Assembly (NCBI GenBank): GCA_964016885.1
Contig: OZ024741.1
Location: forward strand, 181,412,001 to 181,476,000
DNA from: Eledone cirrhosa
Lineage: Eukaryota
Reading direction: 5' to 3'
DNA: 64,000 nt
Below the pieces are notes generated by a model. That model was given only the letters and a program-made list of their open reading frames with translations, did not search any database and was not told the origin of the DNA. The position numbers and the translations under genes are program-made. Below, piece by piece: positions 37,714 through 51,494 of this stretch (the first letter of the stretch is position 1; the number at the start of each line of letters is the position of its first letter).

Positions 37714-38458
37714 GTATACACACACACACACATTTATATACATAGACACTCGCATATAAATGGGCTTTCCAGTTTCATTTCACATTATATACATGTCTGT
37801 GTATATTTTAATTGTTTAAAAATTATTTTTAAGTAAACATGATTTTAAAAAGTTATTTTGTAGTGAACGGGTGGTCTAGTTTAATATAAAACTCATACCT
37901 AAATTATATATAACTTTTGTAATCTTTATAATTCTTATACATTTTGTTAATCCCATAATTCTTGTAACCTTTATGTACTTTTATAACTGTTTATAACTTT
38001 TTATAGTTTCATACGCCTTTATAGCGCTTTAACCCTTTGCGTTGTCACAGTCACGGTACGCTGGTTTTTGGACAATGTCTACCGACAAAGAGTTTAATGC
38101 CCCTACATTTTAGTAGCAGTGAAATCTTTGGTTTTGATTAATGGATGGCATTTTCTATCTCCTCCATCCCGCCTACTAACCCACAATGCTTAACATTGAT
38201 GCCTGTACGATATTCGGGGACGGTTTGCCGTTATAATATCACTGAATTTGCAGGCCATTCCCTAATGAAATCTGTCCTATATTTTCTATTCCCTGTTTGT
38301 GTTCGCCGTAATTCTGTTATCTTATATAACTAATTCTGCAATCAACACCTGATGAAATCATCGCCTAGATCTTTCATCGTGATCGGTTGATGAAACTAGG
38401 CCATTGAAATATATATAGTGTTTCCGCAGAATTAACATTTTAAAGTTCTGCCTTCTGT

Positions 38459-38504
<46 letters not shown>

Positions 38505-38716
38505 CGTTTCTGAATTTGTTTAGCAAGATTCTTTATCTGAAAACGTGTGTTGAAACCGATATTGTTATACTTTGGGAGTGTCATGTTGCCAATAAGAAAC
38601 ACACGCACCAGTTGCTTTCACTTCAATTTATTATAATAAATTTATAAATTTAGGAATTTATAAATTTCCGGTTGGTTGGTTGGTTGGTTCCACAACCAGA
38701 TGGTTGTTTATATATT

Positions 38717-38759
38717 GTCAAAGTTCTTTCGTCACACATTCTGTGACCTCTTCAGTGAC
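38717..38759 (-). ncRNA. Minimal hammerhead-like motif
   Basis: Minus strand: GUCA-CUGAAGA-G-GUCACA-gaaug-UGUGAC-GAAA-GAAC-UU-UGAC. Confidence 0.6.
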
Positions 38760-38923
38760 TGGGGATCCTTTTCTTTGTTTTTGTGCCTCTCCTTTGTTCT
38801 GTCCTACGCCATTTTGTTTCTGTGTGTAATTCTGTTATCTTATATAACAAATGGCGTAGGACAGAACAAAATGGCGTAGGACAGAACAAAGGAGAGGCAC
38901 AAAAACAAAGAAAAGAATCCCCA

Positions 38924-38966
38924 GTCACTGAAGAGGTCATAGAATGTGTGACGAAAGAACTTTGAC
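38924..38966 (+). ncRNA. Minimal hammerhead-like motif (mirror copy)
   Basis: GUCA-CUGAAGA-G-GUCA...UGAC-GAAA-GAAC-UU-UGAC. Stem I GUCA/UGAC, 2-bp stem III, CUU triplet. Confidence 0.6.
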
Positions 38967-39096
38967 AATATATAAACAACCATCTGGTTGTGGAACCAAC
39001 CAACCATTCCTAAATTTATAAATTTATTATAATAAATTGAAGTGAAAGCAACTGGTGCGTGTGTTTTTTATTGGCAACATGACACTCCCAAAGTAT

Positions 39097-39141
<45 letters not shown>

Positions 39142-39757
39142 ATTATAATTATCATTAAATTCGGTACTACAACGAAGACATAACATGGAGTAAAGCAGGA
39201 ACACTCGTTTCGTTGAGATTCACTCTATAACGCTTCAACAAAAAAGGACTTCCAGTAGGGGAAAACATAGGAGAGTTCTGAGTTTTAGGGGGAAGTAATT
39301 TACAGACAAGTGAAATTACAGAGAAGTTATTTAACATATAAATGGGAGTAATTGTCAAAACTCTATGATAGCCGATAGGTTAACAAATTTATTATTAAAG
39401 AAAGTAGAAACTTCAGATGGACTATCTCTTTAAAAGGTTCTTCGAAGCATGAGTACAGTGATTAAAAATCCAGCCGAGTGTTTAGGGGTCACTTGTTGCT
39501 GGAAAGGATTTTTAGGATAAACCACATTTTGTCCGTGCATAAATTGCAGATTTTTATCCTTTTATATAGGGCCTAAATTTTTTAGTATTTTCCAAGTCCT
39601 TTATCATAAGATGGAATGTGAAATAAAAGAAGAAATATAGAGGAGAGTGAGAAGAGGTAGAAACGAAAAAAAAAAACTGGGGAGCAAAATCCCGTGTGCT
39701 CTGTCAGCCATTTTTAGGGAAATATATTTCTATTTTATATGTCTGTACACACACACC

Positions 39758-39908
<151 letters not shown>

Positions 39909-39916
39909 CTATATAT

Positions 39917-40009
39917 CCAGGTAGTGTAACTTGGAGTTACTGTAGGTTCACTCGGGTGAGCACTCGATGTTTAGGTTCACTTCAGTGTCGAGGTGTAGAG
40001 CTATACAGA

Positions 40010-40010
<1 letters not shown>
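39917..40010. repeat. Short dispersed repeat shared with ~17950-18077 (opposite orientation)
   Basis: GTGAACCTACAGTAACTCCA.GTTACACT.CCTGG and ACATCGAGTGCTCACC occur at both sites, each beside CA/TA microsatellites. Confidence 0.8.
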
Positions 40011-40088
<78 letters not shown>

Positions 40089-41837
40089 CACCCACACATA
40101 CACACACATATAGGTATATATACTTCATATGTTTCACAAAACGCCACCAAATCACATGTTATGCAACACATACTTAGAAAATCAATACCCACTATAATAT
40201 ATTTTTCCGCTAAACCCCAACATAGAAATCAATAAAAATAAAAATAAAATCTAAACTGTCAGAGACACACCATATATCTAACAAAACAATATCAGACCAT
40301 ATATAACACATAGATAGAACACTGACATCCACCACAAACACTTGTATTCAATTGTCTCTTATTTTACCAATATAAAAGTAAAAAAACATTACTCTATATA
40401 TTAAGATTACAAATAAAAAGTTAAAATGACTACAGATATTCACAATCTTTGTCAGCCTACAGATGTCACAATCACTTAGATTCTGTTAAAATTGCAGCAA
40501 CCAGACTAGTCATACTATAATCTTTGTGGTGTACATATATTTTATATATTCACCATCTCACCAAATATTTATTGAACACTTTAGATCACAACAGTAAGTC
40601 TATTTACTATTTTGCTGTTACATTTATTATTTAATTCATAACTCAATTGCTAGCATAAAGTAACACCAAAATCCCCCATAAGGCTTTAATTAATGTACTT
40701 AATTAACAATGTTTTATTATATCCTTGGTTAATTATTTGTTCTACCAGATTATTCACCTTTTCATTTCCAACAATAATATTAGATTAACTATTCTGCCAT
40801 ATCTTATTATTTGACTAGAATAATATTATATTCTAATTTCTCTGGAGTGCAATCTGATGGATATGGCATTAATGACACTGCAGCATACAATTCAATCTTT
40901 TCATTAAAAAAATACTGTCTAAATTATTTATATGCATAGCATATCCAAATGAATGGGAAAAAGAAATACGGAGATTAAAGTCCCGACAATGGATGAATGG
41001 AGGAGAAGGAAGATATTCTAGTTGGATGGGTTATTGACCATTGGAATCCTTCTAATTTACAGAAGAATATTGTATTAACGTTTATCAGTATATTACTTTA
41101 ATTTGCTATAAGTATGTAAAACCCCCACCAAAATATGACCGTTGTATGTTTTATTGTAAACATTGTTGTCTGTACATTTATTTAATTTAATGCTATTTAA
41201 AATAAAAAAAATTTTTTTTCTACTTTTGCTTTCTCTCCTTTTCTTTCCCGATGTCTTTCTCTGTCTCTTGCCATGTTTATCTTTTTCTCTGTCTCTTTAT
41301 TCCCCTTTCTCTCAGTTTTTCTCTCTCACAGTCTATTACGAATTATAAATTCCATAGACTTTCGTACACCAAACTCTTTTATTCTGCCTCCTATAACCTT
41401 TCGTTGATTATTCTGTACTTCTTTTCTACCCTTTCTCTCTCTCTGGTCATGAAAACTGTATTCTATTACACATCACCATTTCCTTACCTCTCTATTTCTG
41501 TCGCATTCTCTCTCTTTCTCCTTCTCTCTTTTTGTTTCTTTATTTTTCCTTTCTTTTATTCTCTCTCCCTATTTGTTTTATTTTTCTCTCTCAACACAAC
41601 AACAAAGATTCTATGAAGAACTATTTGTTAGTAAAGTCGGAAGAGTGAGAAATAGGGAAGAAACAGAAAGCTGCAAAGATTTTATAAAAGTTAAGTACAG
41701 ATAATTAATATATAAAGATATAAATACATGATGCCTATTATTATATTGGATTATAATTTACAACCAAGATACACTGATGAACCACCTATGTTTCAGTTAA
41801 ACAAGAAACTCACATGTTCTGTTTCATTATTTTGAAC

Positions 41838-42025
41838 GGTAGATTGGCAGTATCGGTGGAGGGTCGGACGCCATGCTTTCCAGCAAAGTTACGTCCCTTT
41901 TCGATCTGAGTTCAAATCCCGCCGAGGTTGACTTTGCCTTTCATCCTTACGGGGTCGATAAAATAAAGTACCAGTAATGCACTGGGTAATTGCTGGCCTT
42001 GTGCCTAAAGTAGAAACAATTATTT
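41838..42025 (+). mobile_element. SINE with TSD
   Basis: Core match; ATTATTTTGAACG on both sides. Confidence 0.9.
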
Positions 42026-42679
42026 TGAACGAATGGTAGATTTAGAACGTCACCCGATTTAACGTCATAATTTGGCCCTTGAACAATGCTTTTTTTAGAG
42101 CAGTAAAATCTACAGAAAAGATTCGAAATAGTTTTCTTTGGCTGATACAAATGAAATACAAACGAAAGACACAGAACACCAAGGTCTTCAGACACCGAGA
42201 TGGACTTCTGGCAGTTTCGAACCCTTTAGAAGGTACTGCTGGTCCACCTGAGGTAGCAGCGTCTGACAAGCCAAAGCGCTGTCTGTGGAGTAAGAGATAA
42301 GACAAAGCAATAGCTTATGGCAATTAAGCTATAATAGGTACACATAGAATTTTATGTGACGACTGGGAGAAGGTATTGTGGTATTTATAGCTACGAAAGA
42401 CTCGTGAGACTGAAGGAAAAGAAAAGAAAGAAAAAAATGAAGAAAGAAAAGGGAAAAGAAGAAAGTTATATATCGTGTCAAAAATGTAAACCATTGAAAT
42501 TCTTTGGTTTAGAAGAGAACACGCTCGTCACAGATTAGTAATAATAACATTTTGGAGTTTTGTGTCTTTCTTTGTAATTTTATTTTCAAAAATATTTTTT
42601 AAGGGTTCCCTTTCAAAAAACCCTTTTTCATTTTTTCTTGTTTTCTTTCATACTTTTCCTAATTTTATTATTACTAATC

Positions 42680-42873
42680 TGGCGGTGGATTGGCAGTATC
42701 GGTAGAGGGTCGGACGCCCTGCTTTGACGCAAAGAGTTACGGCCCTTTATGGTCTGAGTTCAAATCCCGCCGAGGTTAACTTTGCCTTTCATCCTTACGG
42801 GGTCGATGAAATAAAGTACCAGTAATGCACTGGGAGAATTGCTGGCCTTGTGCCAAAAGTAGAAATAATTATT
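42680..42873 (+). mobile_element. SINE with TSD
   Basis: Core match; TTATTACTAATCTG on both sides. Confidence 0.9.
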
Positions 42874-42924
42874 ACTAATCTGTGGAGAACGGGTTCCGTC
42901 TTGTTCCCCCTAATTATTTCAATG

Positions 42925-42960
<36 letters not shown>

Positions 42961-43084
42961 CATTATATTATATTATATATATTACTGGCGTAACCACAGT
43001 AAGTAAGGTACTCAATACATAGCAGACTATAAATATCTAATGTAGAAATGTCCTGTAGGAAAATTCATGCACACGCACACGCAT

Positions 43085-43129
<45 letters not shown>

Positions 43130-44111
43130 AATCAGAGTTGACCATCAGTTAGTGGATGTCTGTAATCATCAGATATCAAATAACTAAACCAATCCCTTGA
43201 AATTTATGAATCGAATAAAGAAGAACTTATACCAAATATCGATCCCAGGTAGCAAAACCTGAGTCGCGAATAACATACCTTTATATACACGGAAGATAAG
43301 CAAGCGTATAAACAACACAGCCCACCAGATAAACAAACAGAGAAACAACAATATATTAACTTCGTAGCGGTTGAAGCTATCTTTGTTCTTTCTATTAATT
43401 ACTTCCCTTTATGTCTTAAAAAGTATTTATCAGCTTGTTTCCTTATTTAAGTAGTAACAAAATCACTTTTAGAAGCCATTATTTTAATCAGGTATAAGTC
43501 TTTGATCTAAATAAACAAACTAGAAGTAATGAATAATACTCTCTCTCACTTTAACACACATACACACACACACACATACACACACACACACACACAGACA
43601 CACACACTCCCTCTCTCTCTTTATATATATAGGTAAAGAATAAATAAGACTAACATAGAGATGCAAAAAGTCTTACTAGGTTTACGCTTGGGAAGAAGTA
43701 AATGAGGGTTTCAACTTATCGGATATATATATATATATATATATATATACACGCACACACACACACCTATACACTCATACATGTATATGTGTGTTGTTTG
43801 TGTGTGTGTGTGTCTGAGCATGAATGATTGCAATTCGTACTTATGTTGCAAAATAGATTCAAATTGTAGTCCGGGTTTAAGTTGTAATATTTTATATTGG
43901 GAACATCAAAGGAGAAAGTTTAATTAATATGGACGTATTTTCAATGGACTTAACAAAATATAATCTAAGCATGATATCAGTTACACTGTTCATTAAACTA
44001 TATAGCAATATTAGAGAAAAATCTGCAAGAGGCCAAGCAGCCAATCGAGATAAATTAGTTGATAAGTTGTCAGTGCTACTTTCCTGAATTTGCGGCCATG
44101 ATATATGTATG

Positions 44112-44175
44112 TTTTTCTGGTTTTACAATGTTTTAGAATGTTTTACCAATAGAGAGAGAGCGAGAGAGAGAGAGA

Positions 44176-44259
<84 letters not shown>

Positions 44260-44947
44260 TTCTAATATAGTCACAAGACTCTCTCATGGGAATTTAAACA
44301 TCAACTAGGTAGATATGGCTGCATGTCTGCATGCATGTGTGTGCAGGTGTAGAGGGTATTGTATGTGTGGATGTGGATGTTTTGAGTTATATGTGTGCAT
44401 GTGTATATGCTTTATATCTTTGTATCTGTACATTCTGTATCAAATAACTGTTTCTATTTTTGGCACAAGGCCAGCAATTATCCCAGTGTATTACTGGTAC
44501 TTTATTTTATCGACCCCGTAAGGATGAAAGGCAAAGTTAATTCTGTATCTAATAACATGCAGTTATTAGATATAGAATTTTTAAAACCTATTTTTACTGT
44601 TCTGTTAAGGGATTGTACTTGTAATTTCCTAACTAGTTGTGTTCTTTCTGTTTCTGTGAAGCCCAACTTCTCAAGATTTGTACCGGGGCAGTTACTAACA
44701 TACCCCAGTGTCCCAATAATTTCAGGTATAAATCTGAAGGTATAATCAGGGTGGAGTATCTGCAGATTTCTCATTAGTTCTGCACAAATATTCTCCTTTT
44801 GGCTGATCTTTAGTATTATATTGGCATCTGCTGGGCAGCTAATTTCCACTACTGTGCATGCCTTCTTTTCCCTGTCCCATATCATTATATTTGGTCTGTT
44901 ATGCTTGCATTTTATTGGGGTTTTGACTGGAACATTCCACCAGTACA
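44112..44947 (-). mobile_element. 5'-truncated R4-like family 2 copy with a nested SINE fragment and expanded (GA)n
   Basis: Same endonuclease and 3' UTR as 20321-20948. A SINE piece lies at ~44445-44542. TATG repeats at both ends. Confidence 0.85.
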
Positions 44948-45015
44948 CTTTAATATTACGTATGTATGTATGTATGTATGTATGTATGTATGTATGTATG
45001 TATGTATGTATGTAT

Positions 45016-46934
45016 GTTCTTCTGGTTTTATAATTTCACATTTTTACCAATAGAGAGAGAGAGTCGGTTTCTAACATAGATACAAGACTCTCTCATTGGA
45101 ATTTACACATCAACTAGGTAGATTATGTATGCATGTCTGCATATGTAGATATGTGTGGATGTGTATATTTTGAGTTGCATGTGTGCATGTATATATGCTT
45201 CGTATCTGTACATGTGTATATGCAGTTATTAGATGCAAAATGTTTGGAATGTTTTACATACTTTTACTGTTCCATTAATGGATTGTACTTGTAATTTCCA
45301 AACTTGTGTTCTTTCTGTTCCTGTGAAGCCTAGCTTCTCAAGATTTGTATTGAGGCAGTTACTAACATACCCCAGTGCCCCAATAATCACAGGCATAAAT
45401 CTGAAAGTGTAATCAGGGTGGAGTATCTGCAGATTCCTCATCAGTTCTGCATAAATATTATCCCTTTCGCTAATCTTTGATATTTTATTGGCTTCTGCTG
45501 GGCAGCGAATTTCCACTACTGTGCATGCTTTCTTCTCCCTGTCCCATATCATAATATCTGGCCTGTTATGCCTGCATTTTATTGGGGCTTTTACTGAAAC
45601 ATTCCACCAGAACTCTTTCATATTATGTACATGGATGTCTTCCACATTGCTGTAGCTTTTAATGTGTTTATTATCGGGGCTATCTTTTTTACGAACTGCA
45701 TTGTACAGTGTTTTGGCCACTACATCATACCTCATAGGTAGATAGTACCGCGATGACATCTTTGGACAGCTGCTGATGACATGGGTGATATCCTCGATGT
45801 TAGTTCTGCAGAGTCTGCACTTGTTATCACATCTAGGTTTTTTACCTGCATCCCTATCTCTTTTGTGAAACAGGTATTTCGTGTTAATCTCCTGTTCTTG
45901 GATTGCAAAAGCATATCCTTCAAAGTGGGAGCCAATATAGCGGTAGTTGGTCCAAGATAGACTACTTTACTTATCTATATTACTCTCACTCTGGAGCTTC
46001 CTGGCAACATATCCATGCATGATGTTTTGCTGATAAGCATGCAGTTTTTCAATGGATTTACTGCGATGCTGCTGAGCGACTTCCTTGGGTGTGAGTTTTT
46101 GATTATCACACAAGGAATATCTCTCGAGGAGTTCCTTCCCAACTCTCATGATCTTATCTATTTTATGCAGATAGACTTGCTCGAGAAACGGGCTCCTACG
46201 CTTCGAGGTTCGTAGATGTTGTCGGAGAGATATGATGCGACATTCAAATGTTGTCTGGACTTATGGTAGGCCTCTGCCCACGTTTCAAGTAAAGTCGGTC
46301 TATGTCACTGTTGATGTAGAAGTTTCCGGTGTTGTTTAGTATTTTTAGAGTTCCAGCATCAACTGCTCGGATTTCGACTATCGTCCAATTGAGTATTCCA
46401 AACGTTGGTGTTAGGACAGGCACAGCAAACACATTGTGAGCCACTGATTTGTTTTGCACAGAGAGTTCCGATGACCAGATTTTTCTTAATCGGGTGTAGT
46501 ATTCCCTGGTTACGCGTTCTTTATTACAGATACCATTATAGGATATGTTCTCATCTATCCCCAGGTATCTGTAGCAGTCCTCATCAGATATTGGTGAAAC
46601 AGTTAGGTCATTGATGACAATGTTGCTAGATTGGGTTGTTGTTTTTCCCCGCGTTACAGTCATGTATGAGCATTTATCTTGGCCAAACTCCATTCCTATA
46701 TCCTTTGAGAACGTTGTAACCAGGTCAAGAATTTTCTTCATCTCATCCATGTTCTTGGCATAGAGTTTCAGATCGTCCACAAAGAAATTATGGGTTAGGT
46801 TCGTATTTCTGTCCTCCTGTGAGTCAATGATGTACCACTCACATTTCTTGAGCAGAAAGGACAAGGGGTTTAATGACAAGATGAATAATATCACAGAGAG
46901 ACTCTCCCCCTGAAATATACCCCTGCAATATTTT
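45016..46934 (-). mobile_element. Longer 5'-truncated R4-like family 2 copy (partial RT and endonuclease)
   Basis: RGIFQGESLS, FVDDLKLY, YRYLG, SDIDRLY, HNRPD; frameshifted; bounded by (TATG)n on both sides. Confidence 0.9.
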
Positions 46935-46937
46935 ATG

Positions 46938-46971
<34 letters not shown>

Positions 46972-47916
46972 TGTATGTATGTATGTATTGACGCATAACT
47001 TTTGACTGAGTCGTACCTGGATACCTGAAACCTGGCGGAGTCCATCCTGTCTCCAATTCTGAACGGATATTTTTTTTAACGACCTCAAAATGAATGAAAA
47101 TTCCATTGCCATGATAGTTAACGCCAAACGGCTGAATTAACATAGTTTAAAGATGTGTTCGTTTATTCATCCGTATTGGGTGAAGTCCATGAATTAGGCT
47201 ATCTGATTGGTTAGTTTTTATGTGTTTGTAGATGGCTGGTTAGTTCGACACTGGAACGGATGTAGCGGCCGAAAATAAAACTCATGTATCCTGTAGCTTC
47301 TTTTGACGTGCATCCGAGGAGGTTTTGTAGAGCACGCGTTTGGTTTCCGCTGACTTGATGTGTGTCTCTTGCGAGGATTTGAAGGAGGATCTGCAAGGTA
47401 CACAGGTATTAAAGTCACTTAACTGGCGGAGAATAACGTGCTGTAAGAAGAAAGCTTCTTATGAACAACAGACACTCAGTTGTCAGTTGAAGTAACTTCA
47501 TTATACTTACGTTTCATAGACATCTATATGAAAATAACATATTCCCCTTGGCTTAAAATTTGAACCACTGGACAAAGACTTCAAAAATGCACATATATAA
47601 TTGTGTTTAAGTAAAACGGAATAGATCTTCGTTGGTTTCAATGACGAGTGTTACAGGATTTAACTGAGCATTCCAAAGACATGTGTATCTTTAAAATAAT
47701 TATTGGCGAGATTCGGCGTGACCCCTCGTGCAATAAAGCTGGCCCTTTGAATATTTGCAGGTACACTTCATCTGACGGACTTCCAAACAGTTTACATATC
47801 TTCAATTTCACTCATAAATCGACCACGGTTTATTTAAATAGTTTTCTTCACAACCATGCGCTTCCAGTTTGATCCTCCTCAGAACTTGGACAGGTGTTAT
47901 TTATTGTAGAGCCAAG

Positions 47917-48135
47917 GGCGGTGGATTGGCAGTATCGGTAGAGGGTCGGATGCCATGATTTGCGGCATAGAGTTATGGCCCTTTATGATCTGAATTCAAA
48001 TCTCGCCGAGGTTAACTTTGCCTTTCATCCTTACGGGGTTGATAAAATAAAGTACCAGTCACGCACTGGGGTTGATTTAATCGACTTTCCCCCTCCCCAC
48101 ACAATTGCTGGCCTTGTGCCTATATAAAAAAACAC
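47917..48135 (+). mobile_element. SINE (long variant) with TSD
   Basis: TTATTGTAGAG(C/T)CA on both sides. Confidence 0.9.
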
Positions 48136-50408
48136 TTATTGTAGAGTCAGGTTTTACAAAATATTCTGAGTGGAAACAGAAACTGTGTGTGTCTTTAGTC
48201 TGTTAATGGTTTTGTTTACACATGTCTAAAAAGCAGCGTATTTTTGTTGATGTCAATTTATGTCTTGTAGCTTAGCGATTCGACAAATAAAGGCCGATAA
48301 AACAATTACTAGACTGAAATAATTAGTGTGATACTTCTAGTTATTATAGTTCAGTGATTTTAAACTCTATTGGACAATGTAATCACTACAAGAATAGTTT
48401 GTCTCTTTCGAACACTATTAATACTATACACACATTAAGGCACTACAAGCATCACCAGTCTTAGTAGTCACATTTTAAAGACCCTGTTATCAAAACCAGA
48501 CTCTATACACATTTACACTATGAACAAGTTAAGCAAATCCTCATTTGAAGATCGGATTTTATAATTATTTCTAGAAACTATAGTAATGCATATCAATTTA
48601 TAGAAACCTTCGCTCTCTACAAAAAATAGCATACTATATAAAGACTTTGCGATACTACTTGTCCTAAGGCCAATTAAATAATGAATTATACGACCAGATT
48701 GTAGGTTAAAAGATCAAATGCACTGTATATATCTAAGTATCTTTGACCTCATAGCTTTAGGGAATATTAAACTGATGTTTTGTGTGAAGTAAAACGCCTA
48801 ATGTTCATAAAGGTTTTAACTGGTTGACTTTACAGAAAATACTATTTTAGATGCTATTCGGTTCCCATGACCAAGCCACAACTTTCAAATGCCTATTCCA
48901 TTTGGTTTCAAAAATAACCATGGGGAGAGGAGAACTGCATGTCAGTTTAAGAATCAACAGAATTGTATAACACCCGAAGAAATAACTCCAGGCAATAAGC
49001 ATGATTTCCAAGAACTTTGATGGGTGAGGAATTAAATCTGTCAGATTCATTTTCTCTTCTTATATTACATAAATAAACTCTAAAATGGTGTCCGTTTCGA
49101 CTAGGTTGATTAGTCGGTTCACTACTCTGATGATATAAATCGATCAATATTTCAAACCTCAATGCATTTATATCGCTCTTCTGAAATTTTATATATTCAA
49201 TAACGTTTTCGTGGATTTTCGAAAATAACATGTTCACCAACGTGGAATCATTATCTAAGATATTTCAATAATCTGGCAAAATCTGTAGATATAGTAACGT
49301 AGCAACATAAACGCATATTACTATTAAAGTATGACACCAGGTCAACATGAGTAGCAGCTGCATAAGCAACAGCAACAGCAGCAGTCGTAGCTTCATCAAC
49401 TGAACAATGCCATCAGCAAGAGCAGTATTGACAGAATTAGTAGCAATAACTTCCTATTACTCTATTAAGTAATATACATGCACATCACCAGCAAAAGTGT
49501 AATTGTGCCACACGCAAAATATACTATGACGCAAGTTATTTTAGTTTTAGGCAATTTGTTTTGTATACAGTATTGTTTAGAAACTGTAATGCTGCACTTG
49601 ATAAACATAAGTACAATGAGATGGTTATTTTTTATAATCTTATTTTTCTGTACTGACTACTGGAATACACAATTTAGTTAAACGTGGGCGTAATTCCTAT
49701 GAATCGAACTGGTTAGAGATCACATTAAACTGTTACCTGGCATTTAAATGACATTAAAACTATATTGATTGCTTTTTTTCATTCGTAAATTAATAATATT
49801 TGACTAACTGATGGGGAATGCGACCAAAGCAATTTAATTACTTAACGTGTATCATTGCCAAATCGTTCAATATTAATGTAGTTAGCTTCGTTTCATCAAG
49901 AGCGCAGAACTTTGCCTATTTCTCATCGAAATATATTGATTTACTTCATATATAGACGAGTAATTCTTTTTAGGGGTGTGTTACAGTAAATTGAGTTCAA
50001 CCCAACTATAATAATTTCTGACGTAAGCACAAGCCACCAATTTTGGAGAGCGGAGTTTCGTCGATTAAATAGTTCTCAGAATTTGAGTGGTACTTCGTAA
50101 AGAAGAAAATCAAAGTTAATTTCGGTAGGATTTGAACTCAGTACATAAAGGGTAGAAATAAATACTGTAATTTTGTCCCACGGTCTTACGATGTTGACAA
50201 TATTCATGAAACCTGCTTCTAGAACTGGGAATATATGACATTCATGCTTTTCATCGAGATATTTGCAATATGAAATACGTCCAATTAGGGATCGAAAACA
50301 AATTCTTCCTGATAGAACTATTAAATGTATGTATGTATGTATGTATGTATGTATGTATGTATGTATGTATGTATGTATGTATGTATGTATGTATGTATGT
50401 ATGTATGT

Positions 50409-51014
50409 CAGGTCACCAGTTGGTGCTACTGGTAACATGTATCCCAGTACAACCTGTCTCATGGTCGGGTCGTTGACGACTAAACTGGCAACTCCACCAA
50501 GGTTTCTTGGTGAGGAGGGTGACTTTGGACATCCTGCAGGACTAAAAACAAAACCTGTCAAAGGGCAAAGGAGCTCTTAAGAGTCAATGGCCATCCAAAA
50601 TCCCTGGGAGAGATGACCCCTTAGCCTTTGTCAAGGCAGAATTCTAGGAGAAGGAAAACTCTGATATAACACCTGCATCCCTGATGGTATCCAATGATGT
50701 TGACTTGTTCTTCTTTTTGGTAAATATCATCTTGGTTAAGAGAGTGGGACTGGCTTTGTGCAGTGCCTTTGCTCACTATAAAAGCTTCACGGCACAGGCA
50801 TTGCTTTATATCTGGAGATCTCTCTGCACTTGTCGTCACATGGTACCATGGGCCCAGCACTATGTGTCAATGATTGTCACAAGTGTAGTGTTTGTACCAG
50901 AGTTTTCAAGTCACTGGCTGGACTAAAAAGTCACACTCGTTCAGCGCATCGGTAGGGGTTCTCCTACATGGATATAAAGTAGTGGCCGTACTCGAAAACG
51001 AGTTGGCAGCCACC
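50409..51014 (+). mobile_element. Non-autonomous RTE-derived element (family B), copy 2
   Basis: Highly similar to 31118-31703; long (TATG)n before and after. Confidence 0.85.
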
Positions 51015-51106
51015 ATGTATGTATGTATGTATGTATGTATGTATGTATGTATGTATGTATGTATGTATGTATGTATGTATGTATGTATGTATGTATGTAT
51101 GTATGC

Positions 51107-51494
51107 ATGTCCCACTCTCTTAACCAAGATGATATTTACCAAAAAGAAGAACAAGTCAACATCATTGGATACCGTCAGGGTTGCAGGTGTTATATCAGAG
51201 TTTTCCTTCTCCTAGAATTCTGCCTTGACAAAGGCTAAGGGGTCATCTTTGCTCACTATAAAAGCTTCACGGCACAGGCATTGCCTTATATCTGGAGATC
51301 TCTCTGCACTTGTCGTCACATGGTACCATGGGCCCAGCACTATGTGTCAGTAATTGTTACAAGTGTAGTGTTTGTACCAGAGTTTTCTAGTCGCTGGCTG
51401 GACTAAAAAGTCACACTCGTTCAGCGCAACGGTAAGGGTTCTCCTACATGGATATAAAGTAGTGGCCGTACTCGAAAACGAGTTGGCAGCCACC
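51107..51494 (+). mobile_element. Family B copy 3 with a 5' inversion
   Basis: ~51110-51248 is the reverse complement of ~50611-50750, followed by the forward 3' half. Confidence 0.85.

Larger units (their letters stand above)
38559..39104. mobile_element. Large fold-back element (~250-bp arms) with a hammerhead-like motif in each arm
   Basis: 38559-38818 is inverted at ~38865-39104, between (TA)n tracts. Confidence 0.8.

Noticed and set aside
41771-41822. CTGATGA...GAAAC...GTT hammerhead candidate
   Set aside because: Stem II does not pair and stem I is out of register; at best a decayed relic.
42130-42930. Degenerate inverted repeats around 42140/42560 and 42500/42890
   Set aside because: Too diverged to define boundaries, and no ribozyme core found.
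46990-47520. GC-richer stretch as a host exon or transposase
   Set aside because: No recognisable motif or convincing ORF.
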